Shown here in pieces: positions 1 through 10,361 of a stretch of DNA of 61,139 bases (position 1 is the stretch's first letter; each line of letters opens with the position of its first letter). The position numbers were made by a program, and so were the translations under genes. The stretch comes from Thermoguttaceae bacterium. GTDB taxonomy: Bacteria > Planctomycetota > Planctomycetia > Pirellulales > Thermoguttaceae. The DNA is taken from NCBI GenBank assembly GCA_025062105.1, contig JANXAQ010000089.1:1-61139 (forward strand). Direction: 5' to 3'. The notes beneath the pieces are model-generated. The model was not told the DNA's origin. It did no database searches and saw only the letters and a list, made by a program, of their open reading frames with translations.

Positions 1-197
1 CAAAACAAGCTAACGGTTACTTTGGATAAATTGCACAATTTAGGAAAAATCATTTAGAAGATCAGGAGGTCTTTGGTTTCAGAAAATGGTTTGCCTATAT
101 TTTCTATTTGATCCATTCTATGTTGTTCAACGAGTTTTCCTGCTTTGCCTGAAGTGATGTCCGAGCGTCTGAACTCTAACTTGTGTATAACAGCGAG
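1..197. repeat. Repeat family C copy 1 (truncated by the window edge)
   Basis: About 93% identical to 46630-46826 (caaaacaagc.aa..gttactttggataaattgca.aatttaggaaaaatcattta.aagatcaggaggtcttt...gtgtataacagcgag). Confidence 0.85.
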
Positions 198-349
198 ACC
201 AGGCCCGGCCTGGGCCCAACGTGCCAAGCTTGCCTTTTACCAATTTCTAGAACTGGGTCTCCTCTGGGAGGTACAACCTCCTGAAAATAGCGAATTTGCC
301 GAACCCCCATCCTAATTCTCTGAAATAACGGTCGTTTCTGAAAAATGAC

Positions 350-517
350 GGAACCCTTAAAAATACTGAACATATAGTGAACAATGTGAATTTTGATTCT
401 AGAGGTATCGGCCCGTCTTATCCCAACACCCACCATATGTAGGAGACTAACAGTGCAGCAACCCTATATATTGGGGCGTAGAGGATAGGAACCAAAATCC
501 TTTGAATTATTCAGCTG
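350..517. mobile_element. MITE-like family A copy (followed by a partial second copy to about 575)
   Basis: ggaaccc..aaaatactgaacatatagtgaac ... ggaaccaaaatcctttgaat. Shares the family A termini and internal gctagcagtgctag core. Confidence 0.6.
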
Positions 518-574
518 TAAAAAGGTATATGTTAGATGGCTAGCAGTGCTAGTAACCCAATCTATTGGGTCAGA

Positions 575-760
575 GGCTGTACGAAAAAGCATTTTCTATG
601 ATGAAAGGAGTTTTCCTTCCTCCCAATTCCCCAGAATTTCCAAAATCCCTGTTTTTAAGGAGTCTGAAGGATAGGAGCCGGTCGGCCAAACCCCATTGAA
701 AACCAGCCAAATCCCCATTTTAGGACAGCCTCTCAGACACCCAGGCAACCAAGATGGTAA
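575..760. repeat. Repeat family D, half element
   Basis: ggctgtacgaaaaagcattttctatgatgaaaggag...aaaatccctgtttttaaggagtctga...aaccccattgaaaaccagccaaatcccc. Shared with 3185-3335 and 3495-3670. Confidence 0.65.
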
Positions 761-980
761 AAATATCTCCCTCCAGGCAGGTGGCTTAATTTTCTATTCT
801 GCCCAATCGCCTCACAGAATTTCAGCTGCACCCTTCCGAGTAGCTAAAGTTTTCTCCCTGAGAAAGAAAAGCTATAATGTCAAAATCCCTATTGTGGCGC
901 TGTGGCGGTAGCTACGTTTGGCCCAAAAAGGCGGTTATGGTCCGCCAGCTCCGTGGATTCCCCAAACTAGGAGAAGAGAT

Positions 981-2999
981 ATGCAAAGCCGATTACCAAT
1001 GAAACATGATGGGGATTTTGGGAAAAAAGCGGGAAACTCACTCAATCGGAAAAACCGGGAATATAAGAAATGTGGGACTATTTCTCTCTTAGGTGGAGTG
1101 ATTTTAGGACTCTTGATGATTTGCCCTGGCTGTGGGCAAGGACCTGATACCTCCGAGCCACAAACTCCCTCTGCCCTTAGCCAGGAGGGAAAAAACACCG
1201 GCATCACTAAGGCTGATTCCCTTTCCCCATCATCTCTGCCCAGCACTGGGACGGTTCGCACCGGCCAACAACGACCCGAAGCCATTAGCAACGACCCGAA
1301 AGTTATCCGGCTAGAACGGCGGGATTTGACCCTAGGCGGGCAAAAGCCTGCCGAAAAAGATACTCTTCGGCTCAGTTATCCTAATGATCCGGATACGATC
1401 AACGCCATTACTGCTAGTGATACCGTCAGCGATGCTTTTCAGAGTCGGGTGTATGAATCCTTGGCCCAGGCTGATTATACGGATCCGGATAATCTATTGC
1501 CGTGTTTGGCCACTCATTGGGATTTTGATCCAGAAAAACTGACCTTTACCATCTATCTGCGTCGTGGAGTAAAATGGCATCCGATGCGGCTTCCCAACGG
1601 CACCCTGTTGCCGCAGAAGGAGTTTACGGCACAGGATGTTAAGTTTACCTTCGACTGTGTGCTCAATCCGCATATCGAAGCCGCTCATATCCGCAGCTAC
1701 TACGAAGACCCGGAAGAAAAAGACCCTTCCCGCCGGTATAAAATCCGGGTCAGTGTGGTGGACGATTATACGGTGAAAATCCGATGGACGAAGCCGTACT
1801 TTTTGGCCAAGGAATTTACTCTGGCCGGTGTGGCAATCATCCCTCGGCATGTCTATTCGGTCAACGAACGGGGGGAACCGATCTCGTTTGATTTTAGCTC
1901 TAAAGAGTTTGCCGAGGGGTTCAACAATCACTGGGCCAACCGGATGATGTGTGGCACTGGGCCGATGATGTTCAAGGAGTGGGTTCGGGATAATCGGCTG
2001 GTTTTGGTACGGAACCCGGATTATTGGGGGGCTCCGTACTTTTTTAGCGAAGTGATTTACCGCTGTATCCCCAATTCAAACACTTCGACCCAAATGGGCC
2101 TACAGAATGAATTGGATTGGGTCGGTGTGGCCGAAAAAGATCGGTTCTTCCAATGTCAGGAACATCCGAATGTCAAGGCAGGTAAAGTCATTCCCCATGC
2201 CTATGAGTATCCAGGATACCGATACATTGGCTACAATTTGCGACGGGATTTGTTTAAGGATAAGTCGCTTCGATGGGCTTTGGCATATGCTACTCCGGTG
2301 GATCGGATGATCCAAGAGGTGTTTCAAAATCAGGCGATTCGGGTAACCGGACCGTTTTTACCGGGTTCGAGTGCGTGTGATCCTTCGATTGAGCCGATCC
2401 CCTACGATTTGGAAAAAGCCCGGCAAATCCTAGAAGAGGCTGGCTGGCGGGACACCGACGGCAACGGCATCCGAGATAAACTGATCAATAATGTCAAAGT
2501 CCAGGCCAGTTTTGAGCTGATGATCTTTTCCGATTCACCCAGTTTTCGGGCGGTTGGCGAAATGTATCAGGAAAGTTGTCGGCGGATTGGGGTGGAGGTA
2601 AAACTTGCCCCAGCCAAATGGCAACTGATGCTCCAAAAATTGCGCAAATGGGATTTCGAAGCCTGCATGTTAGGTTGGGGAACCAGCTGGAGTAAAAGTG
2701 ATCCGTTCCAAATTTGGCACAGCAGCCAAGCCGACGTCCAAGATAGCTCCAACCATATCGGCTATCGCAACCCAGAAGTGGATCGACTGATCGAACAGCT
2801 TCGGGTCACTCTCGACGAAAAGAAGCAGATCGAACTTTACCATCGCATCCATCGCTTGATCTACGAGGATCAGCCTTATACATTTTTGTTTTCAGAGAAG
2901 GCCACCGCCCTTCGGCACGGTCGGATTCAGAACGTGCGGTTTTATCGGCTTCGGCCATGTTACGACAGCCGGGAGTGGTATGCCAGTTCGCCGCCCTAA
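981..2999 (+). CDS. ABC transporter substrate-binding protein, family 5 (peptide/nickel/opine type); secreted, possibly a lipoprotein
   Basis: The 693-aa ORF contains FTIYLRRGVKWH, which matches the SBP_bac_5 signature. The N-terminus is basic, then hydrophobic, then CPGC (signal or lipobox-like). Start chosen at the internal ATG 981 (MQSRLPMKHDGD); the ORF-track start 918 is a TTG. Confidence 0.8.
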   Translation: MQSRLPMKHDGDFGKKAGNSLNRKNREYKKCGTISLLGGVILGLLMICPGCGQGPDTSEPQTPSALSQEGKNTGITKADSLSPSSLPSTGTVRTGQQRPEAISNDPKVIRLERRDLTLGGQKPAEKDTLRLSYPNDPDTINAITASDTVSDAFQSRVYESLAQADYTDPDNLLPCLATHWDFDPEKLTFTIYLRRGVKWHPMRLPNGTLLPQKEFTAQDVKFTFDCVLNPHIEAAHIRSYYEDPEEKDPSRRYKIRVSVVDDYTVKIRWTKPYFLAKEFTLAGVAIIPRHVYSVNERGEPISFDFSSKEFAEGFNNHWANRMMCGTGPMMFKEWVRDNRLVLVRNPDYWGAPYFFSEVIYRCIPNSNTSTQMGLQNELDWVGVAEKDRFFQCQEHPNVKAGKVIPHAYEYPGYRYIGYNLRRDLFKDKSLRWALAYATPVDRMIQEVFQNQAIRVTGPFLPGSSACDPSIEPIPYDLEKARQILEEAGWRDTDGNGIRDKLINNVKVQASFELMIFSDSPSFRAVGEMYQESCRRIGVEVKLAPAKWQLMLQKLRKWDFEACMLGWGTSWSKSDPFQIWHSSQADVQDSSNHIGYRNPEVDRLIEQLRVTLDEKKQIELYHRIHRLIYEDQPYTFLFSEKATALRHGRIQNVRFYRLRPCYDSREWYASSPP

Positions 3000-3184
3000 C
3001 GCATAGCAGCAAAACCGGAAGAAGCATGGCCTCAGAGTGGCTGTGAGGGCCGTTCCCCCAAAGTTGCTTTCGTACTGGCAGAAACGATCAGCCCGTTCGT
3101 ATGCTCACCAAAAGCCGGAACATTTGGTAGGATCCTTCCGCATACCGAGGAACCAGAGAAGCGGGGTTCTCCGCCTGGTAGGGC

Positions 3185-3335
3185 GTCTTGAAAAGCCTTT
3201 TCTATGATGAAAGGAGGTCTCTCCCTCAATTTCCCAGAATCCCCAACATCTTGCTTTTAAGGAGTTTCGTGGGAGGATCTAACTCATTGGAAACTGCCAA
3301 AATCCCAGTTTCAGGACAGCCTCTTCCTTTGGCAG
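3185..3335. repeat. Repeat family D, half element
   Basis: aagccttttctatgatgaaaggagg...cttgcttttaaggag...aactcattggaaactgccaaaatccc. Confidence 0.6.
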
Positions 3336-3494
3336 AAGTTGTCCCCTCCACAGTTTGGCTACAGGAAGAGCCGTTTGTCTCCCAACAGCTGGCACGTTGT
3401 TATTCCCAATCTTTGGGATGTAGGAACCTCTCCATAATTCTGGTTTTTTAAGCTCTTGTGCTTTGAGGGCAGGGTGGTGTCCGCCGGCACAGGC

Positions 3495-3670
3495 TAAGAG
3501 GCTGTCCGAAAAAGCATTTTCTATAAAGCGTTTTCTATGATGAAAGGAGGTTTCCTTCCTCAATGCCCCGGAATCCCAAAATCCCTGTTTTTAAGGAGTC
3601 TGATGGCTAAGAGCCGGTGGGACAAAACCCATGGGAAACCGCCAAAATCCCAATTTCCCGACAATCTATA
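3495..3670. repeat. Repeat family D, half element
   Basis: ggctgtccgaaaaagcattttctat...gatgaaaggaggtttcc...aaaacccatgggaaaccgccaaaatccc. Confidence 0.65.
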
Positions 3671-3677
3671 AATCCAA

Positions 3678-3866
3678 GGAACCTTTGCATCATTCGAGAG
3701 ATATATTTTTATACCATTTTGGCCCCCCTCCGGGATTGGCCCAATATATTGGGTTGCTAGCCCTGCTGCACCATACATATACTAGATGTTTCAATAGCAG
3801 TTGTTAATGCCTACCAGATCAACATTTCACAATGTCCACTATATGTTCAGGATTATCCAGGGGATC
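3678..3866. mobile_element. MITE-like family A copy
   Basis: ggaacctttgca...atatttttataccattttgg...gttcaggatt...ggggatcc. Inverted termini around ctgaacatatagtgaac / gttcactatatgttcag. Confidence 0.65.
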
Positions 3867-4013
3867 CGTTTTTTTGTTTCGAGGGGATTTTTAAGAGGAA
3901 ACCAGGCTCTGTTGAAAGGTTGTGCGCAGTCTGGGGAGGTTTTGCCTATGTTGGTCGGTTTTGCTTTAGTTTTGGTGTGTTTAGCCCTCCGACCGGAACG
4001 GTTTCAACAGACC

Positions 4014-4195
4014 CAGGGAACCTTTGAATAAATTCAACGGAGATATTTTTATACCATTTTGACTTCTAGCGACTCTAATCCACTGTAGAGACTGTTTGCC
4101 TCGCTAGCAGCCTACAGGGGGTGGTTCGGGTAAGAAAACCAAATGCATATCGGTCCGAAAGTTCATATAGTTTCCTATATGTTCCTGTTTTTCAG
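4014..4195. mobile_element. MITE-like family A copy
   Basis: gggaacctttgaa...atatttttataccattttg...gttcatatagtttcctatatgttcc. Confidence 0.6.
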
Positions 4196-4342
4196 TTCGA
4201 CTTTTACCATTTTCCCTAACTTGTTTTGTCTTCAAGAGTTATGACGAAGCCTCTGTTTGTCTACCCATTTTCCTAAGTCCAATAGTTTCAAGGAGTTAGG
4301 ACTTTCCCCGTTTGGCAGGTGAGCGAAAATGGCAAAAGTCGA
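4196..4342. mobile_element. MITE-like family B copy
   Basis: Terminal inverted repeats tcgacttttaccattttccctaac ... gcgaaaatggcaaaagtcga. Confidence 0.7.
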
Positions 4343-5128
4343 GTTCAGAGGTTCCTGGAAAACTTTTCCGCGCGGTGGGGAGACAGCCGTTTATTTATGC
4401 AGCCAGGCCTATGCAGGTTAAGAGCAGTCCCAACGAGCCATGCGCCGGGGGCGAAGAGTTTCCTGTTGCCTCGGGCCGCTTGGCACCCCTGGCTTCAGTG
4501 TTGGGCAGGAGAAGCTCACCCGGATATAGCATTCGCTGTCCAGAGGCCTGTGAGGCGTTTTGGGTGTGGAAACCGGGGTTTGGTTGGTGGCGGGTGCGGC
4601 CAATGTGGGCTTCAAAAGATCGCTGAGTATGCATATGCGGCGGTTGCCTGGTTGCCGCATTTATCGGCATCGGCGTCGGCCACTAGAGACCATGCCTGGG
4701 GACAATTCCAGACAGCCAACTGGTATGAACATCTTCAAGTGATATGAACATATTTCCTCTAAATTGGTGTTTTTTTCCCGCGTTCGCATTGGCTTTGAGA
4801 GTATCGGAAGGGGGATAGTCTGGCGATTTGTTTTGGTTGAGCTGGCTACCGTTGCTCGCCAAGGGGGGCCTACGGAAACAAAAGAGGAAAACTGCCGAGA
4901 GGGGCCAGACGGAACAAAATAGGAAAAAAACTAGAGAAACCAGAGAACCTGGCTGCCTGCTCCTTACCGCTCTGGAATCGCACCGTAAGATAACGATAAA
5001 ATTTTATTCAGAAGTTCCAAAGGTCCCCTTCCTTTGGGTGAACTGTTAAGAGGCCGGATAGTTTCTTAAATTTGGCTATACTTTGAGTGCATAAGGCCCT
5101 TGGGTGAACCTAGATATAAATATATTCA

Positions 5129-5134
5129 TTAGGA
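5129..5134 (+). promoter_or_regulatory. Ribosome-binding site for the 5142 gene
   Basis: aggagg 8 nt upstream of ATG. Confidence 0.5.
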
Positions 5135-5141
5135 GGCCGGT

Positions 5142-8100
5142 ATGAAGGTCCGTTTTGTCTTGGCAGTGGGTGTTTGGGTATTTGGGACGTTATGGTCTGT
5201 TTGGACGGCGAAAGAAGTATGCCCAGCGGAAGAAGTAAAAGAAAGCTCAAAATCCAAAGCAGCCGAAGCGGCAAACGATGCGAAGGCGACAGAAGAATCA
5301 GAAGAAAAGGTCGGCAAGCGCCCGTATGAAATGGATTGGGCTGGCCGCTTGCAGGATACCAGGCCGCCGCTAGTGGATTTTGAAAACCTGGAAGGCTGGA
5401 CCGTGCAGGTGCAGGATGCGGCGGCCACCTGGCGCCGAAGCCGGGAGCAGCAGATTTGGGACAAATATGTTGGCAAACTGGTGTATCGAGGCATGGGCCA
5501 GCAGCCCATCATTACGATCCGGCCGCCGCAGCCGGTGCCGATCAAACCGCCGGTCGATTGTGTGAACCTCTGGGTCTATGGAAACAATTGGGGCTGGTCG
5601 CCGGATCCGACTACGCCGCCAGTAGGCATCGACGTGCTGCTGACAACGCCTGATGGCATAGAACACCGGGTGCATCTGGGCACGGTCCGGTGGAAGGAAT
5701 GGTTTCTGATGCACGCCCGCATGACGCCGGCGCAGATCGAGGCCTTCAAGCAGGGCGGTGCATTTTCTGGCATTCGGATCACCGGCGCCCGCAACAAAGA
5801 AGACCGTACCCTCTATTTCGACAATCTGGCCGTCTATCAGGAGGTGCTTCGGCCATTAACATTTGAACCCCGTCCCAAACGGGGCATCGAACCCTTTCCT
5901 GGCCAAACAACCGGTACCAACACCGGTCCGGGCAGGCTTCCCTTCCCAACCCGAGAGGAAACTATTTTGCCGGACAATCTCACCCGCCAATTTAAAACCA
6001 CCCTGCAAGAGGAAGGCGGCCAGTTTGTGTTCCGGTACGAAGGCGACGACGGCCAATTGGTATATCGGTATCGGCCTGCAACTGGTACGCTGGCCGACAT
6101 CGAGGCCCAGTGGGTGGGCCGGGGCGGGGCGTTTCGGCCTATGGACGGCGGAGGGGTGTTTCTGGTTGCCGCCCAGAAGCCAACCCCTCTGCCGCCAGAA
6201 GGGCTAAAACTTCTCCGCTGCCAACGCCAAGGCGATCTGGTCGAGTCGGTTTGGCAATGCCCCTGGGAAGGCAAAACCGTAGAAATTGCCTACACGCTTC
6301 GGCTCTGGCAAAAGTCGCTTGTGGTGGATGTGCGGTGCTTGGGCGGGCATGTGGGTGAGGTACGCTTTGGCGCGGCAGCAGGGGTGGAGAATCCTCGGCT
6401 GGTTACGTTGCCCTATTTAACAGGCGATTATCCGCATCGGCCGGCTGTTTTGGTCATGGGGCCGCCAGAAAAACCGCTTTTCCTCATGGGGCTGGTGGAT
6501 CATTGCCGGTCCAATGCCTCGGCTTTGTTTTTCCACAACGAGGTCAAAGGGGACCGGGCCCTTTATAACGGTGGCGCCCGGTATTTGCCGCGCACCGATG
6601 GCCAGCGGAACGACTGCTTCGAGCGGCTGTTTTTGACCGTTTCGCCCCGGTTTGAGGAAATCTTGCCCAACGTACCCAATCCAAAGTCCCCCTGGATGCA
6701 TGTGGCAGGCGAGCGGGTTTGGCGGGCGCACGGGGCCCACAATCGGGAGCAGGACTACGCCCTGTGGAAACGGGTAGCCCGCTATGGGATGAGCAAAATC
6801 TTGATCACCGATCATGAGACCGGCTGGCGTGACGGGGGCGAAAGTTTTACATTTCGTACTCGTGCCGCTCCAGGCAAAGGCGGCGACGAAGGTCAGGCCG
6901 ACTATGCCCGGAAAATCCGTGCTCTGGGATTCCGGTACGGCATCTACAATAACTACACCGATTACGCCCCCGTCAACGAGTACTGGGACGAGGATTGTGT
7001 AACGCGGCTTTCGGATGGTTCGTGGCGGCCGGCCTGGCCCCGCTGCTATAACCCTAAACCTGCCCGGGCCGTCGAGTTCGAGGCCCGCCTGGCCCCGATT
7101 ATCCAGAAGAAGTTCCAACTCGACACGGCCTATTGTGATGTGCACACAGCGGTTCGACCTTGGGATTATGTGGATTTTGACGCCCGAGTGCCTGGTGCCG
7201 GCACCTTTGCCGCCACCTTCTACGCCTACGGGGAAATCATGCTCCATCAAAAGGCCACCTGGAATGGCCCTGTCTATAGCGAGGGAAACAACCACTGGTA
7301 TTACTGTGGCCTAACCGACGGCAACTATGCACAGGATCAACTGGCCCGCTTGGACGAAAACCCCTGGCTTGTGGATTTCGACCTGCGGAAACTCCACCCT
7401 TTGTGTTGTAACTTCGGGATGGGCAATCTGGAGATGTTTTTCAGCCGGGGTGAAGGACTGGGCGACCGGCCGGAGGAACGGGACCAACGCTTGGACCGGT
7501 TTCTGGCCGCCACGTTGGCCTTTGGACACACCGGCTTCTTGGTCATGGAAGGTGGCATTCCCAGTGCGGCCCGGAGTTATTTTGCCCTTCAGCAAATCCA
7601 TGCCGCCTACGCCCAGCAGGAAGCGGTGGATATCCGGTATGCTGACGAAAAAGGAAACCTCCTGCCCACGACCGAAGCCGTGGCTACAGGCGCCTTCCGC
7701 CGATCCCAGGTGGTTACCACCTACGCCAACGGGTTAAAGGTCTGGGTCAACGGCCATCGGACGGAAACCTGGAAACTGCCCGAAATGGAACTACCGCCGA
7801 ACGGCTGGTTCGTTCAGGACCCGACCGGTAAACTGGTCGCTTTTAGTGCCCTTCGGAACGGCCACCGCGTGGATTATGTCGATTCGCCGGAGTATTTATA
7901 TGCCGATGGCCGAGGCCGGCTCAGCCGATTTGACAAAGCCGTCACCGATAACCAATTTGCCGCTATTAAGCGAGCGGAAGGCCAGGTGGAATTGATCCCT
8001 ATCCAAAAGTGCAGTGCCTTGGGTGTTTGGTTGGGCGGCCAAAGCGGCGAGGCGGTCGGCTTGGATGAAGAAGGCCGCCAGCTTGGACCAGTGCCTACTC

Positions 8101-8369
8101 GGTTTTCCCGCGGCCTGGTCCACATTGCGCCGGAAGCCCTCCAAGAGGCGGCGACCAAAAAGGTCTTCAGCTACTTGCTCCGGCCCACAGGGAAACCGGA
8201 ACTTACGCTCCAATGCGATCGGACGGAAGTCGCACCGGGCCAGACGGTCGAAATTGTTGGCAAAACCAAACATCTCTATCAGGTTCCGCCGGATGCCAAG
8301 CCGGGCCAGCTCCTCTGGGTCCAACGGGACGGCGCCTGGATCGACTTCAGCGTGGTTCCTCCTCCTTGA
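5142..8369 (+). CDS. Large secreted hypothetical protein (1075 aa), function unknown
   Basis: Good RBS aggagg 8 nt upstream of ATG 5142. The N-terminus has a signal-peptide-like hydrophobic stretch (FVLAVGVWVFGTLWSVWTA). The long ORF has coding-like composition. No motif I can assign with confidence. Confidence 0.6.
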   Translation: MKVRFVLAVGVWVFGTLWSVWTAKEVCPAEEVKESSKSKAAEAANDAKATEESEEKVGKRPYEMDWAGRLQDTRPPLVDFENLEGWTVQVQDAAATWRRSREQQIWDKYVGKLVYRGMGQQPIITIRPPQPVPIKPPVDCVNLWVYGNNWGWSPDPTTPPVGIDVLLTTPDGIEHRVHLGTVRWKEWFLMHARMTPAQIEAFKQGGAFSGIRITGARNKEDRTLYFDNLAVYQEVLRPLTFEPRPKRGIEPFPGQTTGTNTGPGRLPFPTREETILPDNLTRQFKTTLQEEGGQFVFRYEGDDGQLVYRYRPATGTLADIEAQWVGRGGAFRPMDGGGVFLVAAQKPTPLPPEGLKLLRCQRQGDLVESVWQCPWEGKTVEIAYTLRLWQKSLVVDVRCLGGHVGEVRFGAAAGVENPRLVTLPYLTGDYPHRPAVLVMGPPEKPLFLMGLVDHCRSNASALFFHNEVKGDRALYNGGARYLPRTDGQRNDCFERLFLTVSPRFEEILPNVPNPKSPWMHVAGERVWRAHGAHNREQDYALWKRVARYGMSKILITDHETGWRDGGESFTFRTRAAPGKGGDEGQADYARKIRALGFRYGIYNNYTDYAPVNEYWDEDCVTRLSDGSWRPAWPRCYNPKPARAVEFEARLAPIIQKKFQLDTAYCDVHTAVRPWDYVDFDARVPGAGTFAATFYAYGEIMLHQKATWNGPVYSEGNNHWYYCGLTDGNYAQDQLARLDENPWLVDFDLRKLHPLCCNFGMGNLEMFFSRGEGLGDRPEERDQRLDRFLAATLAFGHTGFLVMEGGIPSAARSYFALQQIHAAYAQQEAVDIRYADEKGNLLPTTEAVATGAFRRSQVVTTYANGLKVWVNGHRTETWKLPEMELPPNGWFVQDPTGKLVAFSALRNGHRVDYVDSPEYLYADGRGRLSRFDKAVTDNQFAAIKRAEGQVELIPIQKCSALGVWLGGQSGEAVGLDEEGRQLGPVPTRFSRGLVHIAPEALQEAATKKVFSYLLRPTGKPELTLQCDRTEVAPGQTVEIVGKTKHLYQVPPDAKPGQLLWVQRDGAWIDFSVVPPP

Positions 8370-9002
8370 ACAAATCCTTCCTGGTACGATACGGGTGGGA
8401 GCCATCCTTACAACCTCTAACCAACATGAAAATCCAGACGGGGTTGGGGCGTCTCCTGTCCCCTTGGAGGGTGGCAGAAAAGCTCATTTTGTTAGAGGTT
8501 CTTCATCCCGCCATTTCCCTCGGCTACTTCCCAGAGGTTGGACTCTTTTCTTTCGGTCTGTTTTCGAGAGGGGTTAGCTTTTTCCGAACAAGCCGGGCCA
8601 GGGCGAAAAAATCAACATGGGCGGCTATTTTCTGACCATGCCTGCCGAGGGGGTGCTCGGTCCAAACCAGCCCACGCACTCCGAATGCCTCGCCTGGTTT
8701 CTTCCTCATCCACGGCACAATGCCGGCCAAAACAGGACTCACTTTCGTGAAAGAAGGTGTGCTTTAACTACTTGTCTTTTAATGGGTTATGGCGATTTCG
8801 TGCTGGGCCTGATCGAAGAGGTTTCTCCGGCGCTTCAGAAACTTCTTCCTCTTGCTGCACCATAAGAATCCCCTTTGCCAATCTCCTTCGGCATAGAAAT
8901 TGCTTTTTAGCGGACAGCCCCCGGTCTGGCGGTGCAGCGTATGGACCGAGGCAGGTAAGCTCGACGCCGCAAAAACCCCAACAACAACAAAGGAGGTTTC
9001 CC

Positions 9003-10259
9003 ATGCAGAAGTGGTTGGTCGGAATGGTGATTTTCGGAGTCTGCTTCTCAGGAACGGCCCTCTGGGCGGAGGAGGCACCTAAAGCAAAGATAGCAACCCA
9101 GTCGGATCCGGAGGCGGTTAAGCCGGATACGTCCAAGCTGGGTACCCCTACACCAGCTACGTCTCAAATGGATACGGCGGCCTCTCCGCAGGCAAACCCA
9201 TTGGCTGCGGTAGGTCCGGATCGGCAACTGCTGCAAAAGACGGTGGATCGGGGCTTGCAATATTTGGCCAGTGCCCAGGCCGACAACGGCTCCTGGAGCG
9301 GCCAGATGGGCATGGGGCCAACGGCTCTAGCCACCTTGGCCTTTCTCCGCCATGGCCGGACGCCTGCCGATCCAGCCGTCGCCAAGGCCCTCAAACACCT
9401 GGAAGAATATGTCCAAGAAAACGGCGGCATCTATACGCCAGGTGGCCGGATTGCCACCTACGAAACCTGCATTGCTCTTTTGTGTTTCCAGCAGGCCAAC
9501 AGCCAAGGACAATACAAAAAGATTCTGCAAGATGCGGAGGCGTTTTTGCGTGGTACGCCCTGGGACGAAACCAGGGGCAAAAACCGTTCCGACCTCTACT
9601 ACGGCGGGGCCGGTTATAGTGCGAAAAGTCGGCCCGATCTATCGAACACCGCCTTTTTGATCGAAGCGTTGCGCTCTGCCGGCGCCAAGCCGGACGATCC
9701 GGCCATCCAAAGGGCCCTTGTTTTTGTCAGCCGGTGCCAAAATCTGGAAAGTGAACATAATACAACGCCATGGGCGGCCAAAATCAACGACGGCGGCTTC
9801 TACTATACCTGTGTGCTGGAAAAGCCTGAGCAGCAGCGCCAAGGTCCCGAAGGCGGCCTGCGCAGTTACGGCTCCATGACCTATGCCGGCCTGAAAAGCA
9901 TGGTCTATGCCGGACTTACTAAAGATGATCCCCGCGTGAAGGCGGTGCTAGGCTGGGTACGGAAATACTATAGTGTCTCAGAAAATCCCGGCATGGGGGA
10001 TGCTGGCCTGTACTATTATTACCATACCTTTGCCAAGGCGTTGGCCGCCGCCGGGATGGACCTAGTGGAAGACGCCCAAGGCCGACGACACGACTGGCGC
10101 CGGGAGCTTACCGAAGAATTGGCCCGTCGGCAAAAGCCAGACGGCTCCTGGGTCAACACCAATCCCCGCTGGATGGAAGGCGACGCCAACCTATGCACCG
10201 CCTTCGCCCTGCTGGCGCTATCCTATTGCCAGCCGCCTTCAGCCCAGCCGGGACGATGA
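9003..10259 (+). CDS. Secreted protein with prenyltransferase / squalene-cyclase-like (alpha-alpha toroid) repeats
   Basis: Signal peptide MQKWLVGMVIFGVCFSGTALWAEE. Repeated DNGSWSG / NGGIYT / DGGFYYT / DGSWVNT motifs are typical of prenyltransferase/squalene-oxidase repeat proteins. The ATG at 9003 is in frame within the longer ORF 8757-10259. Confidence 0.55.
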   Translation: MQKWLVGMVIFGVCFSGTALWAEEAPKAKIATQSDPEAVKPDTSKLGTPTPATSQMDTAASPQANPLAAVGPDRQLLQKTVDRGLQYLASAQADNGSWSGQMGMGPTALATLAFLRHGRTPADPAVAKALKHLEEYVQENGGIYTPGGRIATYETCIALLCFQQANSQGQYKKILQDAEAFLRGTPWDETRGKNRSDLYYGGAGYSAKSRPDLSNTAFLIEALRSAGAKPDDPAIQRALVFVSRCQNLESEHNTTPWAAKINDGGFYYTCVLEKPEQQRQGPEGGLRSYGSMTYAGLKSMVYAGLTKDDPRVKAVLGWVRKYYSVSENPGMGDAGLYYYYHTFAKALAAAGMDLVEDAQGRRHDWRRELTEELARRQKPDGSWVNTNPRWMEGDANLCTAFALLALSYCQPPSAQPGR

Positions 10260-10361
10260 TCCCAGCAGAACCCAAACCTACGGATTAAAGAGGATATAGA
10301 GGATTTTTTTGAGGGTTTTTTCTTCGAGGAGTTGTGTACGATGGGACGAAGGTGTTGGAAC

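Noticed and set aside
176-436. 86-aa ORF at the window start
   Set aside because: It lies entirely within repeat C and a MITE-A copy, with no coding signal.
4319-4747. 142-aa ORF MSENGKSRVQRF...
   Set aside because: No recognisable domain, competing ORFs on both strands, and the start lies inside the family B terminus. It is kept only as an unexplained GC island.
6417-7295. Long antisense ORFs inside large genes (for example 6417-7295 minus, 44160-45074 minus, 17286-17972 minus, 16449-17138 minus, 28323-28991 minus)
   Set aside because: They lie opposite genes with clear motifs or coding character, have no motifs themselves, and are expected in high-GC DNA.
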